Source: a virus
Lineage: Duplodnaviria; Caudoviricetes
Virus record (IMG/VR): IMGVR_UViG_3300033507_000092
Span: 1 to 30,889 of that record
Strand: one strand, 5' to 3'
DNA length: 30,889 nucleotides
The stretch's first letter is position 1; each line of letters opens with the position of its first letter. A program made the translations under genes and the position numbers. This document shows positions 9,793-15,647 of the stretch, piece after piece. The notes below the pieces were generated by a model. It ran no database searches. It saw only the letters and a list, made by a program, of their open reading frames with translations, and was not told the origin of the DNA.

Positions 9793-11216
9793 TGGGCTAC
9801 GCACGCATCCTGGGCGGTGGCGAGGACGGCCGCTACACCATCGAGATGGACTACGGCGCATCCACGAAAGCGTCCGCCATGGAGGCGCTGAACGCGCTGC
9901 TGGCGAAGATCGACACCGGCATCGCCACGCAGCGGGTACTGAACGCGGCGGCAGATGCGCTGGAAGCCGAACAGCGCGCCAGGGTTCTGGAAGCGCAGCA
10001 GCAGGTGATCGACCAGACCGTGGGCGGCCTGCCGCCGGGATCGCCCAAGCCCGACACCACAGCCTACAAGTTCGAACTGCTGAAGCTGTCGAAGCTTCAA
10101 CAGAAGCACGCGCCCATGCGCATGAACCTGCAGGCGTTGCTGTTCGACAGGCAGCAGGCGCTGCGGCAGGTGGCGAAGTGGAGCGCATTCACGCCCACCG
10201 AGACGCGCCAGGCTTGGTGCGCAGACCTGACGGAGGACGCGCCGGCAGGGGCTTATGCGGCCACGCTGGATATTCCGGGCGAGTCCGGCCTGATCCTGCT
10301 GGCGCCAGGCTGCAGGGCTTGGTCGGCCGGCGACGGCATGCTGAAGGCGCGCGAAACCATGTCGCCTGAGCAGGCCTTCCTGAATGCTGCGCTGCTGCCC
10401 GGGTGGCAGAAATTCATGCCCACGTACCGCTGGGGCACCTGCATGGCAGTTGACCGAGACGCGGACACCATGAATGTTCATCTGGCGCCGGCCATCTCGT
10501 CGGCGCAGCGCCTGCCGGTCAACCAGTCGAGCACCCTGACCGGCGTTCCTGTGGTCTACATGACGTGCAACGCAGAGCCCTTCGAGGTGGGAGACCGCGT
10601 GGTCGTCCAGTTTGTCGGTCAGGACTGGACCAAGCCGCGAGTTATCGGGTTTCTGGACAACCCAAAGCCATGTGAAGAGTTCGAGTTGTATTACGGATAT
10701 TGGAACGCGCTTGGTGTGACTTCTCAGACTCAAAAGATATACAAGAACCGCGATGGAGAAGAAGTAACAACTCTTGCACCATTCTATAACCCATTGACCC
10801 GTACAGGATCGGCTTTTGTATTTTGTGGATGGAATGACGGGGTAACTACACTGACGCGAAGAGAATTGAACGTTATCGAAGATGGTTCGTTCTTCGCGCA
10901 GTACGCTGGCGTGAGCGGAGAAGATATATCTAGCGCAATCGGGTTAAAAACTGAAGATGGCGCAACCACATATAAGCGAACAATATCAATATCCTATACC
11001 GGGCGCACGTTGATATCCGGCCCTGCGCCTGGCGCATACGAATCAGGCTGGGTCAGCTTTGCGGAAGCGCTCGCATTCTTTGTTGGCCAAACGGCAACTC
11101 TCTCATTCACAGCCTTCGGAAGGGTAATTCAGTACACCTGGCAAAGCCAGGCAGATCCTGACGATTCATCGTCGCTGATCTGGAAACTGACAGACGTCGA
11201 TCCTCTGCAGCCGTAG
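9792..11216 (+). CDS. Tail tip / putative receptor-binding protein with a low-GC C-terminal module
   Basis: 474 aa, last tail gene. OB-fold-like VGDRVVVQF...PRVIGF is followed by an abrupt switch to AT-richer codons at about 10680. Confidence 0.6.
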   Translation: MGYARILGGGEDGRYTIEMDYGASTKASAMEALNALLAKIDTGIATQRVLNAAADALEAEQRARVLEAQQQVIDQTVGGLPPGSPKPDTTAYKFELLKLSKLQQKHAPMRMNLQALLFDRQQALRQVAKWSAFTPTETRQAWCADLTEDAPAGAYAATLDIPGESGLILLAPGCRAWSAGDGMLKARETMSPEQAFLNAALLPGWQKFMPTYRWGTCMAVDRDADTMNVHLAPAISSAQRLPVNQSSTLTGVPVVYMTCNAEPFEVGDRVVVQFVGQDWTKPRVIGFLDNPKPCEEFELYYGYWNALGVTSQTQKIYKNRDGEEVTTLAPFYNPLTRTGSAFVFCGWNDGVTTLTRRELNVIEDGSFFAQYAGVSGEDISSAIGLKTEDGATTYKRTISISYTGRTLISGPAPGAYESGWVSFAEALAFFVGQTATLSFTAFGRVIQYTWQSQADPDDSSSLIWKLTDVDPLQP

Positions 11217-11353
11217 ACCGCCGCGTTGGAGCCCATGAATACCAAGCAACGCACCATCACTTCATGGCCTCCCGGCATCGCATCGGTGTAGCGGTTAGGC
11301 TGGTGCCGTAGTCGCGCGGGGACAGGATCAGGTGTGCCGGACTTGTGCCGAGA

Positions 11354-12646
11354 TCAGGCCGATTTCGGCTTTCTCGGCTTTCGCAAGTCGTTGATTTTCA
11401 ATACTTCGGCGGCATGGGAACGTCTTGTGATTCTGGTCGTCGTGGGTTCGAGTCCCATCAGCCACCCCAAGTGATTTCCCTCGTAAGCGGCCTCTTCGGA
11501 GGCCGCTTCTCTTTGTGCCTTCGGCGCAGGTTGTGCCGGAGTTGTGCCACCGGCTGAGAGATTGCCGGCCCACTGCGCCACGTGGCTGCGGCCCAGGTGG
11601 GCGTAGCGCTGCACCATGGCCAGGCTGGCCCATCCGCCCAGTTCCTGCAGCACCGCCAGAGGCGTGCCGGACTGCACGTGCCAGCTTGCCCAGGTGTGGC
11701 GCAGGTCATGGAAGCGCAGCCAGGGCACGCCGGCGCGCACGCAGGCCTTGCGCCACGCGGCGCTGCTGATCTTGCCCGTGGGGGAGTCGGCCACCAGGCG
11801 CGGCTTGTCTCCAGGCGAGGCCGCTGGCTCCCAGTGCGGAACGGGGAACACCCACTGCTTGTGGGCGCCGCGCTGGCGGGCCAGCACCTGCAGGGCTTCG
11901 TCGTTCAATGGCACGCTGTGGGCGCGGGCGGCCTTCATCTCGTCGGCCGCAAACCACGTCACAGCCCGCGCCATGTCGACCTGCTGCCAGGTCAGCAGGC
12001 GCACGTTGGTCTCACGCAGGCCGGTGGCCAGGGCGAACTCGGCCATGGCGCGCAGGTGCGGCGGCAGCTCGGCCAGCAGCTTGTCGGCTTGCTCGTGCGT
12101 CAGCCAGGCCACGCGGCGCGCAGGCTCGGCGGCCTTGCTGATCGGCGGCACGGCGTCCAGCCAGCGCCGCTTGTGGGCGTAGTGCAGCACGGCGCTGAGC
12201 TGCGCCAGGTGGCGGTTGACGGTGGCGCCGCTGGTGGGCTTGGGCTTGGGTGGCGGCAGTTCGGCCGCAATGGCGCGCTCGATAGCCCGGCGGTTGACGG
12301 CTTCGGCCCGGCGCTCGCGGGTCAGGGCGCGGATCACGGGATCGGTGATCTCGGCGAGTGGCGTGCCGCGCAGTCGGGCGCTCAGCCAGCGCAGCACGCG
12401 CTTGATCTCCTCGATTGAGCGGCGGTGCTGGTGTTCCTCGAGCCAGGCCACGACGGCCTGGTCCCACGTCACCGTGGGGGTTTCGCCGAGGCGGCGGGCG
12501 CGCCAGAGATCGCGTGCAAGCGTGGCGGCGTATTCCTGCGCCTCGGCGCGGTCCGAGGTGCCAGTGCTGCGTCGAGCACGCTGGCCGGCAACGTCGCCGA
12601 GATCAACCCACCACGTGCCTCGTTTGCCGCGCTGATAGAGCCGCAT
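11354..12646 (-). CDS. int: Phage tyrosine integrase
   Basis: Catalytic motifs TGLR, FHDLRHTWASW, LGGW and RYAH; N-terminal arm-binding segment; overlaps attP. Confidence 0.95.
   Translation of the reverse strand: MRLYQRGKRGTWWVDLGDVAGQRARRSTGTSDRAEAQEYAATLARDLWRARRLGETPTVTWDQAVVAWLEEHQHRRSIEEIKRVLRWLSARLRGTPLAEITDPVIRALTRERRAEAVNRRAIERAIAAELPPPKPKPTSGATVNRHLAQLSAVLHYAHKRRWLDAVPPISKAAEPARRVAWLTHEQADKLLAELPPHLRAMAEFALATGLRETNVRLLTWQQVDMARAVTWFAADEMKAARAHSVPLNDEALQVLARQRGAHKQWVFPVPHWEPAASPGDKPRLVADSPTGKISSAAWRKACVRAGVPWLRFHDLRHTWASWHVQSGTPLAVLQELGGWASLAMVQRYAHLGRSHVAQWAGNLSAGGTTPAQPAPKAQREAASEEAAYEGNHLGWLMGLEPTTTRITRRSHAAEVLKINDLRKPRKPKSA
11425..11469 (+). other. attP core identical in form to the 3' half of tRNA-His(GTG), from the anticodon loop to CCA
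   Basis: TTGTGATTCTGGTCGTCGTGGGTTCGAGTCCCATCAGCCACCCCA has the GTG anticodon loop, a GTTCGA T-loop and the His-type CCACCCCA end. No 5' half lies upstream. Confidence 0.92.
11485..11514 (+). terminator. Rho-independent terminator for the tRNA restored on integration
   Basis: AAGCGGCCTC-TTCG-GAGGCCGCTT hairpin followed by CTCTTT, 15 nt after the CCA. Confidence 0.7.
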
Positions 12647-12828
12647 GCGCCCTCCCTGTAGACCCCGTACTGCGTGCGCAGCCAGGAAATGACGTCATCG
12701 TCGACCAGCACGTAGGCGCGCCCGATGCGCGCGGCCGGCAGGCCGCGATTGTGGATGCAGTCGCTGACCGTCTCGGCCGTGGTCTTCAGGACCGCGGCCG
12801 CTTCGTCCAGGGACAGCGTGGTCGGCAT
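12469..12828 (-). CDS. xis: Excisionase-like HTH protein whose C-terminal extension overlaps int by 178 nt
   Basis: LSLDEAAAVL...LPAARIGRAY matches the HTH_17 pattern; lies immediately upstream of int. Confidence 0.8.
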   Translation of the reverse strand: MPTTLSLDEAAAVLKTTAETVSDCIHNRGLPAARIGRAYVLVDDDVISWLRTQYGVYREGACGSISAANEARGGLISATLPASVLDAALAPRTAPRRRNTPPRLHAISGAPAASAKPPR

Positions 12829-12830
12829 GG

Positions 12831-13073
12831 TCAGGCCAGCGCGTCCAGCGGGCTGATGACGCCGCGCCCGCCCTGGCTGGCCGGCAGGACGTGGGTGTAG
12901 ATCATTGTGGTCTCGACGTCGGAGTGGCCCAGCAGCTGCTGGATGGTGCGGATGTCGTACCCGGCCTGGAGCAGGTGGCCACGCTCGCCAGGCTTCGGGC
13001 CGGCGGCAGCCATCAGCGCCGCTGCGCGGTGCGTAACGGCTGCTGATGTGGGCGGTGCCTGGGTGGTGAGCAT
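12831..13073 (-). pseudogene. intI: Integron-integrase (IntI-type) remnant with an in-frame internal deletion
   Basis: [31 protein letters not shown]...[10 protein letters not shown] matches the IntI C-terminus. It is joined directly to a 32-aa N-terminal leader, and the core domain is missing. Confidence 0.85.
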
Positions 13074-13103
13074 GGCGGGCCGGTGTTACACCGCGGGTGT
13101 GGC

Positions 13104-13122
13104 GGTCGAATTCACGTTAGGT
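13104..13122 (+). other. attI-like site 1 (crossover G/TTAGGT at 13116/13117)
   Basis: GGTCGAATTCACGTTAGGT just upstream of the intI start; a GTTRRRY core with no pairing attC arm. Confidence 0.65.
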
Positions 13123-13148
13123 GCTTTTCGCGTGTTACAAAATAGTCG

Positions 13149-13177
13149 TTGACGCGGTGCATTGTTCGTAATACAGT
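13149..13177 (+). promoter_or_regulatory. Sigma70 promoter for the two-gene + strand unit
   Basis: TTGACG-17 nt-TACAGT in an AT-rich patch. Confidence 0.65.
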
Positions 13178-13226
13178 CTATTCCACGGTGATGCACAGGG
13201 CAGCACCGGCAACCAGGAGAGACACC

Positions 13227-13439
13227 ATGAGCAGCATCAACCTCTACGAAGCCAGCCCCGAAGTCATCATGGAAGAGGCCGAGCGCATCGCCGACGACTG
13301 GAACGCCTTTTGCGATGGCATCGACACGATGGGCGTCTGCTACGCCGACAAATCCGCATTCGACGCGGCTCCGTTCGCTGAGCGCCTGTCCACGGTGCTG
13401 GAAACGTTTCGCGGCAACGGTGTCGCGGTCCCGGCATGA
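13227..13439 (+). CDS. Small acidic hypothetical protein (70 aa)
   Basis: AGGAGA RBS, then ATG (MSSINLYEASPE...); ATGA overlap with the next gene. Confidence 0.7.
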   Translation: MSSINLYEASPEVIMEEAERIADDWNAFCDGIDTMGVCYADKSAFDAAPFAERLSTVLETFRGNGVAVPA

Positions 13440-13633
13440 GCCAAGCCCCCGAACCAAAGCGCCGGGGGCGCCCGCCCCTGGCCCCCGGCGAGAGCACGGC
13501 GTCACCAGTGCGAACCGTGCGCCTGTCAGATGCCGAGTTCGCAGAGCTACAGGCGCGCGGCGGCTGGCCCGCTGTCCGCGAGTGGCTGGCGAGGCCGCAG
13601 CGTCGGTCAGCGGCGAATGGGCCGTCACGCTGA
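13436..13633 (+). CDS. Small ribbon-helix-helix-like DNA-binding protein
   Basis: KRRGRPP hook followed by VRTVRLSDAEFAEL..GG..VREWL. Confidence 0.65.
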   Translation: MSQAPEPKRRGRPPLAPGESTASPVRTVRLSDAEFAELQARGGWPAVREWLARPQRRSAANGPSR

Positions 13634-13829
13634 CTCCCCCAGCGCAGCCCGCGCCGCCTCTTTTGCTGCGTCGTGGTCGTCGTCGTTCAGCATCCCGCGC
13701 AGTGCAGCAGGTACAGCGGCTCGGGCTGCGGGGCTGCCAATGCGGCACGCAGGGCGTCGGCGCCCGGCCAGCTATCCGGCAGGTCGTGAGCAGTTCGCGG
13801 GCGGCGGTGCGTAGGTCGGTTACGTTCAC
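13625..13829 (-). pseudogene. Degenerate small phage gene(s)
   Basis: GGAG RBS plus GTG start (MNVTDLRTAARELL). Protein-like text continues only after frame changes (LPDSWPGADALRAALAAPQPEPLYLL; DDDHDAAKEAARAALGESA). Confidence 0.4.
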
Positions 13830-13943
13830 ATCTGCTCCAATTTAGGCAGCCCATTGCGCGGGGCTGCGGTGTAGGGTGTTGATATGTATGGGGTTGTCAG
13901 CGGGCGTGCTGATATGGGCCAACTGGGGTTAGTCGGAGGGGTT

Positions 13944-13962
13944 GGTCCACATTACGTTAGGT
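13944..13962 (+). other. attI-like site 2 (crossover G/TTAGGT at 13956/13957)
   Basis: GGTCCACATTACGTTAGGT is similar to site 1, has no upstream attC arm, and marks the left end of cassette A. Confidence 0.6.
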
Positions 13963-13963
13963 T

Positions 13964-14683
13964 TCACAACAGCCCCTCTTGCACGCATTCGCGCGGGGGT
14001 TCGGGTGGTAGTAGCGTGCCCTGGGCCTGGGCGCGGCTGATGCGCTCGCAGGCGATGTCGAAATACGGGCGGTGAATCTCCACGCCGACAAAACGCAGGC
14101 CGAGATTCATCGCCGCTACTCCGGTACTGCCTGATCCCATGTAAGGGTCAAACGTCAGCGCGGGAAAACCGGCCAGCTCCAAGCATCGGCGCATCAGTGC
14201 AACCGGCTTCTGTGTCGGGTGCTCTAGCCCTCCACCTACAAACGGGCACTCTTCGCCGCCGCGCTGTATGCCTTGCCACCGCTGGCGGTGTACGCGGTTT
14301 GAGCCGAGGAAGTTTGTCCACGCGGTTTCACAGTCGCCGCCCGACCACCTGCCCACAATCTGCTTATCCCAAATGATCCAGCCGTAGTTGTCGGGCAACC
14401 TGCTGGCGTAGGCCGAAGCGCCGAACAGAATCACGAGCTTTGCCAACGGCAGCAGTGCCCCAGGGTCAAACGGCGCATCGTCGCCATGTATCGGGGCCGC
14501 AGCCTTGCCCCATGTGCGCGTGCCATCCGGCTTATACCCGGCGCTTGCGGTCGAGTCGCGTGCATAGCCAATGCCATAGGGCGGGTCGCTCACCACAGCA
14601 TCAAAGCGCGGCAGCAGCGGCAGCACCTCGCGGCAGTCGCCGTGCCACAGTTCCGCGTTCCCTATCACCACTTTCTCAGCCAC
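13964..14683 (-). CDS. Orphan DNA methyltransferase, N6-adenine/N4-cytosine beta class
   Basis: DPPY precedes HPTQKP and FDPYMGSGSTG; no restriction enzyme nearby. Confidence 0.92.
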   Translation of the reverse strand: MAEKVVIGNAELWHGDCREVLPLLPRFDAVVSDPPYGIGYARDSTASAGYKPDGTRTWGKAAAPIHGDDAPFDPGALLPLAKLVILFGASAYASRLPDNYGWIIWDKQIVGRWSGGDCETAWTNFLGSNRVHRQRWQGIQRGGEECPFVGGGLEHPTQKPVALMRRCLELAGFPALTFDPYMGSGSTGVAAMNLGLRFVGVEIHRPYFDIACERISRAQAQGTLLPPEPPRECVQEGLL

Positions 14684-14861
14684 GGTCGGCCCTCGCGTGA
14701 ATCAACCCGCTGATCTGCTGCGCCAGTCGGGCAGCGTCAGCAATCATCGGCAGCAGCACCAGCGCGGCCACCGCGTCGGCGGTCTTCAGTGCGTCCTGTA
14801 GATCGCGCGTTGCAAACGTCGCAGAGTTCAGGGCCTTTGTCAGTTCTTCGTCCATGTTCAT
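14676..14861 (-). CDS. Small helical hypothetical protein
   Basis: 61 aa; AAGGA near the start; overlaps the MTase start. Confidence 0.6.
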   Translation of the reverse strand: MNMDEELTKALNSATFATRDLQDALKTADAVAALVLLPMIADAARLAQQISGLIHARADRG

Positions 14862-14886
14862 CCTTGGTCAGTGCGCCACCAGTGAA

Positions 14887-14945
14887 ACCTAACCAGACAA
14901 TTCAAGCGGACTGCCTACGGCAGCCTCTTAATTGCAACGTTAGGC
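14887..14945 (+). other. attC site A (59 bp)
   Basis: ACCTAAC-CAGAC-AATT[C]AAGCGG[A]CTGCC-TAC-GGCAGCCTCTTAATT-GCAAC-GTTAGGC. Extrahelical bases at 14903 and 14910 (G and T on the bottom strand) are 6 nt apart. Confidence 0.92.
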
Positions 14946-15235
14946 CCTGTCACGCGAACGGGCCATCCATCAGACCACCCGGCTTGTTCCACTCTGCGCG
15001 CACCTAGCGCTTCGTCTATCGTGGCGCGCATCAGTCCGCCGTGATGCCTCGCCTGCAGCCATTGCAGGCACTCGCGCAGTCGCTCAATCTCGTCGGCGGC
15101 TTCGAGCATTGCAGTGCTGTAATCGTCGCTCAGTAGCTCGTCGGCAGGGTAGGCCCTCAAACGTTCAACCAAGGGCCTAACCTGGCAGTCAACCGGAGAG
15201 CCGCCGGCCTCTGGTTTTTGGTGTTCGGCGTTCAC
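14915..15235 (-). CDS. Hypothetical phage protein whose two termini are encoded by attC sites
   Basis: LVERLR...EAADEIERLR motif common in small phage early genes; starts inside attC B and stops inside attC A. Confidence 0.75.
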   Translation of the reverse strand: MNAEHQKPEAGGSPVDCQVRPLVERLRAYPADELLSDDYSTAMLEAADEIERLRECLQWLQARHHGGLMRATIDEALGARRVEQAGWSDGWPVRVTGPNVAIKRLP

Positions 15236-15262
15236 GTTGGGCGTCTCCCGGTTACGTCTACG
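14940..15262. mobile_element. Gene cassette B (106-aa gene)
   Basis: Left end GTTAGGCCCT (14939-14948) is the exact reverse complement of AGGGCCTAAC (15172-15181). Confidence 0.85.
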
Positions 15263-15268
15263 TTAGTC
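15175..15268 (+). other. attC site B (94 bp)
   Basis: GCCTAAC-CTGGC-AGT[C]AACCGG[A]GAGCCGCC ... GGCGTCTCCCGGTTAC-GTCTAC-GTTAGTC; extrahelical bases at 15190 and 15197. Confidence 0.88.
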
Positions 15269-15486
15269 GTCACACTGACGACCGTCGTGAAGTGCCCAGG
15301 CGCCCCACGCTTCGGCTTGTGCGTGATCGTCAGCACCAGCCCCTGCCGTGCTGCTTGCGACAGCAGCTTGTGCGCTGCTAGCTCGATGTCGACGGGATGC
15401 GGAACGTGCGCTATGCGCGGGTCGCGCTGGCGGGGCGCGGGGTCGGCGTTGAGCAGTTCAACGGCGCGGGCGGCTAGGGTGGTCAT
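15232..15486 (-). CDS. Hypothetical protein, last resident early gene, ending inside attC B
   Basis: ATG overlaps the previous stop; C-terminus TNVDVTGRRPT comes from the attC arm. Confidence 0.65.
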   Translation of the reverse strand: MTTLAARAVELLNADPAPRQRDPRIAHVPHPVDIELAAHKLLSQAARQGLVLTITHKPKRGAPGHFTTVVSVTTNVDVTGRRPT

Positions 15487-15647
15487 GCTGCGTACTTCTG
15501 CCTCGGCATCGCCATCAGCGCGGCCGCCGCACGATTCGCCGCAGCCATGCACTCCGCAAAGCGCGTGCCGCTGACTGCCTGCATTGCGGCCTGGTGCGCC
15601 TCGAAATACGCGCGCAGCAGCGCGATTGATTCGGGTGTTTCGGTCAT
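15483..15647 (-). CDS. Hypothetical protein (54 aa, below the ORF-track cut-off)
   Basis: MTETPESIALLRAYFEAHQ...KYAA; ATGA overlaps at both ends. Confidence 0.6.
   Translation of the reverse strand: MTETPESIALLRAYFEAHQAAMQAVSGTRFAECMAAANRAAAALMAMPRQKYAA

Larger units (their letters stand above)
11333..11549. other. attP region: core, arm-type repeats and IHF site
   Basis: Tandem TGTGCC repeats lie on both sides of the core: TGTGCCGGACTTGTGCCG (11333-11350) and TGTGCCGGAGTTGTGCCA (11532-11549). AATCAACGACTTG (- strand, 11384-11396) matches the IHF consensus WATCAANNNNTTR. Confidence 0.8.
13957..14939. mobile_element. Gene cassette A (DNA methyltransferase plus 61-aa gene)
   Basis: Left end GTTAGGTTTCAC (13956-13967) is the exact reverse complement of GTGAAACCTAAC (14882-14893) at the start of its attC. 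Confidence 0.85.
12831..15268. mobile_element. Phage-borne integron-like locus (intI remnant, attI-like sites, two attC cassettes)
   Basis: intI lies on the - strand, GTTAGGT is 43 nt upstream of its start, and the attC sites are oriented on the + strand: canonical intI-attI-attC geometry. Confidence 0.85.

Noticed and set aside
9792-11216. Diversity-generating retroelement target
   Set aside because: No reverse transcriptase and no template/variable repeat pair seen.
11294-11300. Isolated GTTAGGC as an attC R' box
   Set aside because: No upstream RYYYAAC or pairing L boxes.
11390-11469. Complete tRNA-His gene
   Set aside because: Only the anticodon loop to CCA is present; upstream sequence cannot form the acceptor, D or anticodon 5' strands. 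It is an att core.
13161-13176. LexA box near intI
   Set aside because: ATTG-N8-ACAG does not match CTGT-N8-ACAG in the left half.
13086-13829. 247-aa ORF on the - strand as one gene
   Set aside because: Arg/Pro-rich, and antisense to two better-supported genes and a promoter; only its 5' end looks coding.
13817-13833. CGGTTACGTTCAC resembling an attC right arm
   Set aside because: Followed by ATC rather than GTT, and has no left arm; could be chance.
13917-13934. GGCCAAC-TGGG-GTTAGTC as a mini attC
   Set aside because: Only 4 nt between the boxes, leaving no room for L boxes.
15236-15242. GTTGGGC as the right end of attC B
   Set aside because: The L'' arm pairs with CCGGTTAC at 15248-15255, so the real R' is 15262-15268.
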